DNA of 63,632 nucleotides, counting the filler, from Perkinsus chesapeaki ATCC PRA-425 (lineage: Eukaryota; Protista; Perkinsozoa), in assembly GCA_013115145.1 (NCBI GenBank). It is 7 parts of 7 records of this genome, joined end to end, with 100 filler letters (N's around TTAATTAATTAA, not from the genome) between each part and the next. Parts side by side here need not be neighbours in the genome. Positions count along the whole stretch, not along the records: positions 1 to 16,702 come from JAAPAO010000700.1; positions 16,803 to 20,245 come from JAAPAO010001409.1; positions 20,346 to 26,361 come from JAAPAO010001110.1; 4 more parts are not named here. One strand, 5' to 3'. The notes beneath the pieces were generated by a model. It was given only the letters and a program-made list of their open reading frames with translations. It was not told where the DNA came from and ran no database searches. This document shows positions 12,567 to 24,373 of this stretch, piece after piece (position 1 is the stretch's first letter; the number at the start of each line of letters is the position of its first letter). The position numbers and the translations under genes are program-made.

Positions 12567-15500
12567 CTACCTTGACAGACGACCATTGCTCGAACTTGGC
12601 TTAGTAAAAATGGGCACATTAATATCGGTACAAACTCGGGGTTCCGGCCGTCCGCCGAACTTTTTCAGAGACCATATCACATCGATAGGAAGAGCGAACC
12701 ATAGAACACTGCTTAGAGCAGCTGGGATAAGCGGATCCTCTCGGTGCGCGATGATTGCCTAAATGACTGGTAAAAACATAGTAACGACTGAACTCAGCTT
12801 ACTTCTTTCGCAACTTGCTTAACAAGTTTGTCAGCTCTTCCAATTTCTCGAGAAAGTGGTCGGTGACTCGGGGACTGGTGCGAGGCAGTCATGGCCGGAC
12901 TGCCAAATTGATTATGTTGCTGCGGTCTCTCTGACGGTGTTGCCAAGGCGGTGAGGAGGTCACGCGCGACAACCTCCTTGTGAGCTGTCGGCGATTCCAT
13001 CACCCAATCGCGCTCATATTCGGGAAGGCGAAGCATTGCTGGACTGAGGCTATCGACTAAGTTCCTGAAATCGGCAACGGCTCCGAAAGTATCGTATAGT
13101 AAGTATACTAGCTTACTTCATAACATTCGCCTCATCTCTGTTTGTATGCTTCCATTCACCCGAGCGGAGGTTGATTGTATAAGCTGGCATCAACATCCAC
13201 CCTTTGTCAGCAATCCAAAGGATAGCCTCAGCAAGATACTCGAGCTCTTCCTGCGTCATAGTGAAATGTACTCCGACGCGGACGAAGCCGGGCTTGAAAA
13301 TCATGTCCTTCGTCGACACTAAATCATGAAAGACTCTCGACCAAATTTGAGAGACTAACGATTTACAAGCGATCTGCTCAAACCGCTCTGCGTTCTCGCC
13401 AGCAAGACCGAGGAGGGCTTCGCCGTAAGGCCCAGCGCACGCGCACCCGCCACGCGCTTGGATACCAAAAATGTCGTTGAGCACACAGCTGACGAAATTA
13501 TAGTGCAGGTACCTAAAAGGACTACATCCACTAAACGAGCGCGTACTTCCTTACAGGCCGTGATTGTGCTGATGATGACTCTCTTTCTTTTCGTTGTAGA
13601 GAATGTTGAAGGATACTATACCAGCGCAGTGACCCCGATCCTAAAAAAGAGTGAGATATGAATAACTTGAAGGTGATAAAACCTTCGGCCCGAGAATGTG
13701 AATCTTGCTATTTGTTCGCAATCGCTCTTCAAGATAAGACGCCATGTGACTCTCATGCTCGGCGATGCTATCAATACCGAGCAATGAATGAATGTGATAT
13801 ACTGCGCCAGCGCGGATACAGCCGAGTATGTCCGGCGTGCCTGCAGTTCACAGATGTATGCGTTCAAGACATCGCAGCACATACGCTACCTGCTTCTTCT
13901 CTTTCTTCTAGATGGTCTATATAATAGTGCCCTCTGCTACTCACGTATCCTACAGTTCCACCACCACAAATGGTCGGAATCGCGTTTGTCTGGCGTTTCT
14001 TTTTGCATAGAAGTATACCACTGCTGCCGGGGCCACCAAGCAGCTTGTGAGGGGAGAGGAAGGCGAAGTCGATATAGCCTTCTGGGTGAGTAACTGGATT
14101 CATATCAACCTGAGAGATCTTCAGCTCCCTTAACCGAGTATTTCCTTACTTTCTTGTGAGCGGCTATTGCCGCACAGTCCCAAGCGATTATTCCACCGAA
14201 TGTGTGTACCAGAGTAGAGACTGTCGGCAGCTAGTGTGAGTATATTATTGGTCAATATTGAAGGCTGTTCGGCGCTTACATCCTGGCATGCTCCAGTAAC
14301 ATTACTGCAAGCAGAGAGAACAACAACAGGAATGGCATAGTCACCACCGTGATGACGATTAAACATACTTATCTGATGATGCAACGAGGAGTTACGAAAC
14401 GGCAAGATTACGTAGCTTACTTCTTCAAGAACCTCTCTCAAACGGTCTACCGACGCAATCCCTTTCACTCCGTCGAGGGGCAGCACCTGCTCAGGGGGAG
14501 GGGAAGTAGTGGCAGTTCGACCGGAGACTCACAGTCACTTCAACCTCGATGGCCTCAGATGAACTTTGCATCTTAGAGACCTCCACAAACGATCCTTGAA
14601 CTGAGGGAAATATATCCCGCCGTGGCACGTTAAAGATTTACCAGATCTAGATTTAACACCTCTCCCCAGCGGGTACACCTTCGCCATCTCACGAAAAGGC
14701 AGCAGAGAGCTGTGGTGAGCTACTGGGTCGACGATCACGACCTACAAGAGCGAAAAACGCAGACACAGTAGGATACTGAACGAGACCGTCCGGAAGTCCT
14801 ACGGCCCTGCGCAATTTCTTGGTGCTTCTTGGTGGTGCGAACACTCTGCTTTTTATGAGCATATCCTCGAATTTACGGATTGCCCCCGTAGCTCCGGCAC
14901 CACAAAAGATAACTGACAGAAGGAAAGGCCAGGTAACGCACACCCGGCATAAACGCTTACCTGAATCGTCATCAGAGCAGTTGAAGTAATGCCTAACTCG
15001 TTCGCGGGCTTCTTCACGGAAGTGAGCCGTTTGACGAGCGGTAGCTGAGGCCACGGAGTGTGTGTTAGCATACCTGGAGAAATATCGCGGCATTGGACAA
15101 ACAGGTCGAAGCCTTGCATTGGGCAAACTTGATTCGTTATGAAATCCTCCACACTTTTTAAAGCTCTACCAGACGCGGTATAGTCGCAGTAACTACAAAA
15201 GGGCAGCTGAATAGGAAGCCGGCCGCATCAGTCGTACATAAGCTTCCGAGGGCTGCCATCAATCGGGCATGGCACTTGTTCGTCTTCGCCAATACACTGT
15301 TGCCTCAAGCTGCTCACCAAGCAATGATATTCATCGTCTGCACTTGCTACAGTGACGGCATCGAGAGCCACTGGTTGGAAAATATCGGCCGAGGGAATGG
15401 TAAGGACAGCATCTCGTTCAGTAGGCACTGGACTGCAGACTGATCCGTTCCACGAGCGGTCATCCAACATGGTAGATTCTGTCCATGGACCAGGCGTGAG

Positions 15501-15653
15501 ATGTCCAGCTCGGCGTTGAGGTGTGAGGTAAATCCCTCCGTTCTTTACAGGCGTCTGCCATAGTGAAACTCCATTGGGGCTTTTAGTTGACGACCTAACT
15601 CCGAAGTGGCTTGGAGTTAGCAAGCCTCCGACAGGCTGCGCAACAGCAGGCAT
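12567..15653 (-). CDS. Class-V PLP aminotransferase / cysteine desulfurase-like protein, multi-exon
   Basis: YTASGR, YANTHS, GAGATGAI, SPHKLLGGPGSSG (PLP lysine), LNDIFGIQARGGCACAGPYG, KPGFVRV; inferred last exon with LWFALP ends at 12567. Confidence 0.87.
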
Positions 15654-16702
15654 TTTGAGCTGAGTGACAGAATGATCAAACTAACAAACGGGAAAGGTGG
15701 AACGAGTAAACTATGAATAGTTAAAGGGTAAGTTATGGACAAATAGCGGAACTAGTTTCAATCATTCCGAGTAGACCTGAAGGTATCTTTTCGTATCTTG
15801 TGAAACGCGCAAGATGCGCTGATGCGCATCCGAGAGATTTCCAGAGACCTACGTTAGGCTAGCGTTGCAAGATAGGTCCGATATCCCGCAACGGTAGGAT
15901 CTAGCCTTGCTCCTCACGAGGAGACACAATGACTCTAAAGGAGCCGAACTAACCTGTAATAGGGCAGTGCCCTAAGGGCACGGAATGGAGCAGCTAGAAC
16001 TTAGATTCGAACCATCATTCGAGGTTTGAATATACGTCAGGCTTCATAACGCATGCCTAGGTGGTGACGCGTAATCGTAGCCTGTTCATTTTCAATGTTT
16101 ATGCATCTATCTCCGTAAGTTGTCGAACCTGTAAAGGAATACTAATTGAAGATACTCGAGAAGAGTTTCGCTTATTCCCTGGTCGTCTCTAAATATACGG
16201 CTTATCCGTCAACTTTGACGACTTCTCGGTGACGCCGAGGCTCGGGGTCCGAGCCGCCACCGTGCCGCGACTGACACTCCATCTCCTGGACCCCATCTGA
16301 ATTCAGACCAATTCTAAGTCATAAGCTTCTCATAAGGTGAGTAAGGTCGCATCTGCGCAGATGCACTATCTTTTCTACGAGGAAAACACACGCTTTAATG
16401 CAGAAAATGGTATCACTTCGTTAAATCATGGTGAAGCTAAAGTGAGAACTGTGGTTTCAGAGGTTTTGCAGTTTTTCAGCCATAAGCAGGAGAAAACTAG
16501 CCTTAAACGCATTTAAGAGCAGCTAACACAGTCTAGGAATGGCCAGGAATCTTGTCACGGGGTTTATCTAACTTGTCCTTCTACGACAGAGGCCATTGAC
16601 TTGTACTTGAAGTGCAACTATCTTACAGGTTCCCATTCCGCGGACTTGGATCCGCGCGCTGGGACAAGATTCCACAAAGAACACTTCCCTTCCCGGGAAA
16701 AG

Positions 16703-16802
16703 NNNNNNNNNNNNNNNNNNNNNNNNNNNNNNNNNNNNNNNNNNNNTTAATTAATTAANNNNNNNNNNNNNNNNNNNNNNNNNNNNNNNNNNNNNNNNNN
16801 NN
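16703..16802. other. Artificial contig linker (N-TTAATTAATTAA-N)
   Basis: 100-nt block with a six-frame-stop spacer, identical to five others in the window. Confidence 0.95.
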
Positions 16803-16874
16803 GTTTGATGTATTCGATGTATAATCGAGATCCTATCTCCTTTATCTTAAGTATTGTGTTGATACTTAGATTAT

Positions 16875-19800
16875 ATGGTGGAGAACCTTCCTCCCGTTGT
16901 TGCCAAGGTTTGTGGCTTATTAAATGTTAAGGACAGCTCTTTATTGTCTTTTCTTACTGATGCTGATATTGATAAGTATTGTGGTACACTTATTGATAAA
17001 GGTTCTTTGGAGGTCGAAGAGTTATTGGCTTTTCGGTCTTATGTTACTTCGCAGAGGACGGTTGCTAATCATGGTATGGTGCCTTCTAGTAACCGTAGTG
17101 TCATTTCATTTGCTTCTGGGGATGATCATACAATTGATGATATTCCTGTTATTTCGCGTATGCTGCAGGTGGTACAATCTATTCCTATTCCTGACCAACG
17201 AAAGTATGGCGGTCATCAGGATGGGAGAAGTGTTACTTGGTTTATTTCAGAACTTAGTAATGAAGCTCGTATTTATCAATTGGATGCTAAATCGTGTTGG
17301 ATGTTGCTTCAAGGCTCGTGTACTGCCTCGGTTCGTGTTGGTTTATTACAATATGTTGAAGATAAGGTTGGTTCTGCTAAGTGGTTGTCGGACTACTCAG
17401 CAATGTCTGCTGTTGGAGTGGATTATTTACGTTCTACCTATTCTGCTAGTGATGACCCTTCGACACTTGAAGATAAAGTTGCTTCGCTGAAGCAGCAGAA
17501 CAATGAAAATGTATTTGAGTATTTGGACCGTTTGAATGAAGCGGTAGCTCAGTCTCGTTTGTGCGGTTTGACTCTTTCTGAGGCTCAGATTACTAAGTAT
17601 TATCGCCAAGGGTTAAAGCGTAATCTACTTAAAACTGCTAATTATCATTTTTCTAATATTACCAATGCTGCTAAATTAGCTACTGAGGTGGATAAGTTTA
17701 CAAAGTTGAATGGTGGATGGTTCCAGAAGAGTGCTGACGGAAAGTCCAATAATAATAGTATTAATAATAATTCTAATAATGGTGGTGGCTCTGCTGATGG
17801 TTCAAAGTCGTTTTTCTCTGAGGCCGAAAGTGACTATATAAGAAAAAATAAGATATGTTTTGGTTTTTGTAAGAATGGTGTTTGTACCAGAGAAGGATGT
17901 AGCTTTAAGCATCTTTCATTACAACAAGTTAGAGATGGTTTTGCTGCTACTAATGCATCTAGTACTTCTGGTACTTCTGGTGATGGTAAAACTGGTATTT
18001 CAGCAACGTCTACAGATTCTACAAAAACTAATAGTGGTAATATCAAGTACTGTGCTGATGATACTCGCTCGAACCGCACTTTACGTGTTCCTCAGCTTTT
18101 ACCTTTTTCGGTCGAAGTTGATACTGGCTCAAGTTGTAGTATTATTACACAGGATCTTGAGGTCGCGTTAACTAAATTGGGATTAGTTTCGACTTCCGTT
18201 AAGGTTTCGAAAACTTTCCAGACTGCGGCAGCTTCGTCTACGTTGTGTGCAGTGCGAAAAATAAGTGTATGTTTGGTCCTATTGAGTACTAATTTGGGTA
18301 TAAACTATATAATTTGGGAACCTTATGTTATTGAGTCTTCGCTTCCGAACTGCGATGGGCTTTTTGGAAGAGATATTGTTGTTTGGAGTAATGATTGTCA
18401 TACTGGTTTACAGATTNNNNNNNNNNNNNNNNNNNNNNNNNNNNNNNNNNNNNNNNNNNNNNNNNNNNNNNNNNNNNNNNNNNNNNNNNNNNNNNNNNNN
18501 NNNNNNNNNNNNNNTTTAACGTCTGATGGTTTGATGAATGCTGGTCAGTTTTTATGTACTCACAATGACCTTATTAAGCTTGGTGATTTGCAGCTAAGTA
18601 AAGATGCACTACCGCCATTTGATGATCAAGTTGTTGATGAAGATGTACTTGCACCCGTCAAGGATGACGATTTTTGTGCTATGGATGATGGTAGTAAAAA
18701 ATCGTCTGATGAGGGAGATGGTTCCAAAGATCAAGTTATTAATATTGTTCGTGGTACAAAGAAAGCTAATTCTAATATCGATTTTACAAGTGTTCCTTTA
18801 CCTGATTTCTCTTGTCCTACTTTTGCTCATTGTGAAGACGAAATCGTTAAGGTTTTATATCAGAATGGTTGGTATAGAATTACTGTTCACAAATCTTCTT
18901 CTTCGAGTTTTTATTTTGCTGCTGATATTTCTAATGAGGCTGCGCTCTGGATGGACAAACTTGTTTTCGAACCAGTTAGTCGTATCCATTGGCGTTGGGC
19001 TAAGGCTTCTCCGGAAGCTCGTATTGAGTGTACGCATCAGATTGAGAGTTTTATTGCGAATGATAAGCTTTGTCGTACTACTGATGATCGTAACTTGTTT
19101 TGCTCTAATTTTTACCCTGTCAAAGGGCGTAAAAGGCATCGAATTGTTTTACCATTATTACGATTAAATGCTGCTCTGAAGTATTTGATGAAGTTTGATC
19201 CTATTATTAACCCTCAACATAGGATGTCTGTTGCTATTAACCGTATGAGGTTATCACCGAGTTTATGTTTATTGGATATAGTCGATGCGTATATGAATAT
19301 ACGTGTGTTATCTAATCTATCGTCAAAATTACAGATTCTGTTTAAGGGTTTCTTGTATAAGTTCCAGTACCTTATTTATGGACAGAGTTGTGCTCCACCG
19401 ACTTTGGAGTACGCTGTTCAATATTTGGAAGGACTCTGTCCTTCACCTTCTTGTGGTTTACCTCCAGCATGTAGCTTTATGGATGATTTGGTGAAGCCCA
19501 GTCATGTTGGTTCTCAACAAGCAAATTGTTCTACTAAGGTTGGCTCTGTGTCTGGAGATAATAAGGTTGATGCTGCTGATGATATCTGTGATTCTACTAT
19601 AAAATTGTATGCTCAGTATAATTTTCCATTGAAAATGGAAATATTATCGGATGATGGTATGCCGCTTACTTCTCTTGGTTTACAGTTGACTCAAAGTTTG
19701 ATTGTTTATAGGCGTGATCGTTTCGAGGCTTTGCAAAACGCCAAGTTTGAAGTTTATAATACTTATCGTAAGGCTCTGAAATTATTAGGGGCTTTAACTA

Positions 19801-20245
19801 ATGATAGTGACTATTTACCTCTTAATTTGTTGCCTATCAAACATTGTCTGATTGGATTGATTTCGGCCTGGTTGGCACATGTGTCTGGTTCTTGGGATGA
19901 TCCTTTACCGACACCAATTCTTGAGTGTCTAGCAGATTGGTGGAAGTTGGTGTGTGGTTCCACATTACCTTCAGTGCGTCGTTATGTTGATCCAGGAAGT
20001 GATTTTGTGGTATATACTGATGCAAGTATGTATATGCAATGTTATCGAATATATGTTGATGGTGATGATCCTAATACTGTTGCTCCGTTATTTCAGGAAC
20101 AGTTTGTATTATCTACTGGTGAAAGGAGCTTCCACATCAACACCTTGGAATTGGCTTGTGTTTGGCGGGCCCTTAGTCGCTTCCAGCTTCTACGCTGTGA
20201 TACTGGCTTAGAGTTCACTGGCACAATAACTGTTATGATAGACTC
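16875..20245 (+). mobile_element. Retroelement polyprotein Gag-CCCH-aspartic protease-RT-RNase H with DIRS-like RT/RH; truncated by gap
   Basis: Gag-like LKQQNNENVFEYLDRL; CFGFCKNGVCTREGCSFKH (17856-17912); VDTGSS (18120); LDIVDAYMNI, YGQSCAP, FMDD (19476); YTDAS (20016), HINTLEL. A 98-N gap at 18417-18514 lies inside the ORF. Confidence 0.85.
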
Positions 20246-20345
20246 NNNNNNNNNNNNNNNNNNNNNNNNNNNNNNNNNNNNNNNNNNNNTTAATTAATTA
20301 ANNNNNNNNNNNNNNNNNNNNNNNNNNNNNNNNNNNNNNNNNNNN
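20246..20345. other. Artificial contig linker
   Basis: N-TTAATTAATTAA-N block. Confidence 0.95.
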
Positions 20346-21393
20346 CATCGGTACCATCAAGGACGGCATCGGCGACATCACTGACCTCAGCACGAGTAGG
20401 TCTGGGGTTCTCAATCATGGACTCGAGCATCTGAGTGGCGGTGATGACAGGCTTGCCAGCGAGGTTGCAGCGGGCAGTCATCATCTTCTGAGCCATGAAG
20501 ACCTTCTCAGGGGGCATCTCCATACCAAGATCACCACGAGCAATCATAATAGCATCAGAAGCCTCAAGGATATCATCGAAGTTTCTGAGACCCTCAGTGC
20601 TCTCAATCTTAGAGATAATCTGAACGTTCTTGCCGGCCTCACCCATCAACTTACGGAGACCGCGGATATCATCACCGTGCTGAACGAAGGAAGCGGAGAT
20701 GAAATCGATTCCGTTAGGGATACCCCAGTTCATGATATCATTGGCCTCCTTCTCACCAATGCAAGGAAGGTCAACTCTGACACCGGGGAGGTTCATGTTC
20801 TTACGCTCACCGATGATGGCGTGGTTCATAACACGAGTCTTAACGCTGTCCTCGTAGCACTCGACAACCTGGAGATTGACTGTACCATCGGCCATGAGGA
20901 TGATGGAGCCGGGCTGGACACTCTGGGGGAGCTTGGGATAACTGCAGGCAATCTTGTGAGCATCACCCTTGAAGTCGTAGTCGGTGGTGAGGATCAAATC
21001 CTGACCGGCCTCGAGCTCGACCTTGCCACCGTTGGCGAAGAAACCCGAACGGATCTCGGGTCCCTTGGTATCGAGCATGACGGCGACGTGCTTGCCGGGG
21101 CACTGCTTGAGGGCCTCCTTAAGGTTAGCAAGGCACTTGCTGTGGCTCTCGAAATCACCGTGGGAGAAGTTGAATCTGGCGATGTTGAGGCCCTGGTTGA
21201 TCATCTTGACCAAAGTCTCGACGTCCCAGTCAGAGGGACCCATAGTGCAAGTAAGAGTGGTCTTACGGGTGATAGGATCGCAGCTGGAACCATCCCAGGC
21301 GGCGAGGTCGGCCATCTGGTCAGTGATGGCGATGGCAGCCTGACCGATCACACCGTAATCCTTGATAGAGCGTCCGCTGAAGCCGTGAGACAT
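20346..21393 (-). CDS. PYK: Pyruvate kinase copy A (3' part lost in gap; no intron in the visible part)
   Basis: [63 protein letters not shown]. Confidence 0.95.
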
Positions 21394-21619
21394 GATGTTA
21401 AGGAATATAATTCACTACGGGAAAGTAACATCAGAAATTGACGATTGTCAAATCCGTTCTACAAATCCGACTAAAGTTTCCCAGAGAAGTGTAGAGAGAT
21501 CTGTCAGCACCGCCCGCACGCAGGATTTAGCTAAGCGGCAACGATCGCTCGGGAGACAGCCTCGACACAAAGCTTGAGGGCCTCGGCCACAGGCGCGCGA
21601 GAACACTCGTCTGAGCACT

Positions 21620-22040
21620 AGAGTCGTCGTTGGATTGATAACGCTACCGGGGAGTTCCGGAAGCGCCTTAAAACTTGTGGCACATCACGAGGTAACAAGT
21701 TATACAGATACCAATTTAGAGATGTAAACTGAAACCAATCCGCAACGCCTGTATACACCGTGCTAACGTTACACAGCTCACTGTCCCGAGTAATAGATAC
21801 CCTCTGAAATCTTAACTCTTTGTAATTGATATGCAAAAGCCCCGAGCCAAGGAAGCACGATGCTTCGAGGTCTTTTGGACTTTTCTGGCATTTGTGTACA
21901 CGCGTGCAGACGGCGCGCTGCGCGAGAATCGAACTTCGACCGTGAACCGTCTGAAAGTACGTGGCGAATCGTGCTGCAGGTTCCACTAGACCAACTCAAG
22001 ACTTTATCAAGTACACGATAACTTCAGCACCTCTTGGCAT
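21620..22040 (-). mobile_element. Possible degenerate Penelope-like element C-terminal / GIY-YIG fragment
   Basis: TIRHVLSDG...RSIVLPWLGAFAYQLQR, then (frameshifted) STVY..RCGLVSVYISK and NLLPR...RNSPVAL resemble the PLE linker and GIY-YIG layout; weak and broken. Confidence 0.3.
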
Positions 22041-22369
22041 CACCAATAGTAGTGAAGTCGATGAAGTTAAAGAACAGGAAGAAATAGAATAGACTACATG
22101 GAGACTACAAAGCGTACGCAAAAACTGCGATGATTAGTGAGTGAACGGAACGATAATACTAGGCGTACTACTAGTGTAAAAGGAGTCAGAAAAAAGGTTT
22201 GGAAATAGCCAGCTTTAGAGGACGTAACCTCTTCCGTCAATAATAGTATGGCTACGAACAATTAAGTAATCTACGACAATAAGTGAACTTGTCACAAATG
22301 ACCATATAGACCAGCAGCCAAATGATCGATATGTACAAAAGGAGTTAATAAATCACCACCAACACCACC

Positions 22370-24013
22370 TTACTCCACGACAAGGACTTTGATCTGGTTA
22401 CTCGAACCCGGACGGTCTTCCTGAATGCCATGGACGGCAATTACTTTATCACCAACGCGGCACATACCCATTTGTTTAGCATGTGCCAGTGCGTTATGTA
22501 GGATATGATCAGATCCTTGAAAGGAAGGTACTTGTAGTGCCATAACACCTCTACAAAGAGCCAAATGCTTCACAGTAGACTCGAATGCAGATAGAGCTAG
22601 GATCTGCTGAGAGGGTCTATATTTCGCCAATAGGCGAGCTGTAGTACCAGTTTCAGTAATAGCAATAATAAGGGAAGCATTACACTCCATAGCTGTTTCT
22701 ACAGCGGATGCACAAACCGCGTCAGAAGTAGGAAGACCCTGCCGATTGGCATTCATAACAGTTTGTTGTATACTAACAAAAAGGGCATCATAATCTATGG
22801 CATTCTCTGCCTCTTCACAAATAGATCGTTGCATATGAACTGCACTGACAGGGAATTTACCACCAGCAGTTTCACCAGATAACATAACAGCATCGGTACC
22901 ATCAAGGACGGCATCGGCGACATCACTGACCTCAGCACGAGTAGGTCTGGGGTTCTCAATCATGGACTCGAGCATCTGAGTGGCGGTGATGACAGGCTTG
23001 CCAGCGAGGTTGCAGCGGGCAGTCATCATCTTCTGAGCCATGAAGACCTTCTCAGGGGGCATCTCCATACCAAGATCACCACGAGCAATCATAATAGCAT
23101 CAGAAGCCTCAAGGATATCATCGAAGTTTCTGAGACCCTCAGTGCTCTCAATCTTAGAGATAATCTGAATGTTCCTCCCACGATTGCCCAACATCTTTCG
23201 CAAATCACGAATATCATCACCGTCTTGGACAAAGGAAACTGCAACAAAGTTGATGCCATTCGGAAGGCCCCAGTTCATGATGTCTTTCATCTCCTTCTCA
23301 CCAATGCAAGGCAGGTCAACTCTGACACCGGGAAGGTTCATGTTCTTACGCTCACCGATGATGGCGTGGTTCATAACACGAGTCTTAACGCTGTCCTCGT
23401 AGCACTCGACAACCTGGAGATTGACTGTACCATCGGCCATGAGGATGATGGAACCGGGCTGGACACTCTGGGGGAGCTTGGGATAACTGCAGGCAATCTT
23501 GTGAGCATCACCCTTGAAGTCGTAGTCGGTGGTGAGGATCAAATCCTGACCAGCCTCGAGCTCGACCTTGCCACCGTTGGCGAAGAAACCCGAACGGATT
23601 TCAGGTCCCTTAGTATCAAGTAAAATTGATACATCTTTATTAGGACGCTCTCTGAGTGCTTCTCTTAAATTTTTAAGAGTATTGGAATGAGTCTCAAAGT
23701 CACCATGTGAGAAGTTAAACCTCGCAACATTCATACCCTGATCAATCATTTTAACCAAAGTATCAACATCCCCACATGATGGCCCCATAGTGCATATCAA
23801 CTTAGTCTTCCTAGTAAGTCGATCAGGGGAATAAGAATTCTCATCCCATACAGCAAGCTTAGATAAATCGTCACCAACAGCAATATGTGCTTGACCAAAT
23901 AGTTGAGTTCCTTCAATAAACCGACCACTATAACCATGGTCGTAACTGACCAATGGATCCTTAATATTATACACACCGACAGTGCCCGCACCAGCAGTAG
24001 TCGTGCCTGTCAT
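22370..24013 (-). CDS. PYK: Pyruvate kinase copy B, complete and intronless (547 aa)
   Basis: Full PK motif set including DAVMLSGETAGGKFP and the C-terminal domain. Confidence 0.97.
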   Translation of the reverse strand: MTGTTTAGAGTVGVYNIKDPLVSYDHGYSGRFIEGTQLFGQAHIAVGDDLSKLAVWDENSYSPDRLTRKTKLICTMGPSCGDVDTLVKMIDQGMNVARFNFSHGDFETHSNTLKNLREALRERPNKDVSILLDTKGPEIRSGFFANGGKVELEAGQDLILTTDYDFKGDAHKIACSYPKLPQSVQPGSIILMADGTVNLQVVECYEDSVKTRVMNHAIIGERKNMNLPGVRVDLPCIGEKEMKDIMNWGLPNGINFVAVSFVQDGDDIRDLRKMLGNRGRNIQIISKIESTEGLRNFDDILEASDAIMIARGDLGMEMPPEKVFMAQKMMTARCNLAGKPVITATQMLESMIENPRPTRAEVSDVADAVLDGTDAVMLSGETAGGKFPVSAVHMQRSICEEAENAIDYDALFVSIQQTVMNANRQGLPTSDAVCASAVETAMECNASLIIAITETGTTARLLAKYRPSQQILALSAFESTVKHLALCRGVMALQVPSFQGSDHILHNALAHAKQMGMCRVGDKVIAVHGIQEDRPGSSNQIKVLVVE

Positions 24014-24373
24014 TCAATAACGGATATATTTCAAAATGAACCTACAATAACATTCTTAGCTCTACTCACAAAAGCGGTACATACTCTAGTGAGCTTGCTT
24101 CACAGAGCTGTTCAAGTACAAGAGTGTGCAAACAGAGCCAAAAGGCCTCTAACGAAGAAGGCACCGAAATTGGAAAAAGAAAGGCATGTTGGGTAGTAGT
24201 AGGACGGAAATAAGGTATATAACACAACACAGTTGTGGAGGCCGTAGTAGTAGCTTAACATCATCTACTCCAACAATAGTAGTAAATAGATTACTAGTGG
24301 AGTAATAATAATAATAATATCATCATATCACATCAGATGATACAGTATAAATGAACGTCTTAGTCTTGTATTA

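Noticed and set aside
18124-18133. CTGGCTCAAG, matching the spliced-leader 3' end
   Set aside because: It lies within the DTGSS protease codons, so it is a coding coincidence.
20290-20297. ORF-track ends at 20297 (retroelement) and 20290 (PK A), and ORF 60286-60561
   Set aside because: These run through Ns into the linker's stop codons; the real sequence ends at 20245, 20346 and 60505.
20677-23623. Long plus-strand ORFs overlapping the PK genes (20677-21441, 23225-23623)
   Set aside because: Antisense shadows expected from strongly codon-biased genes; no independent motif.
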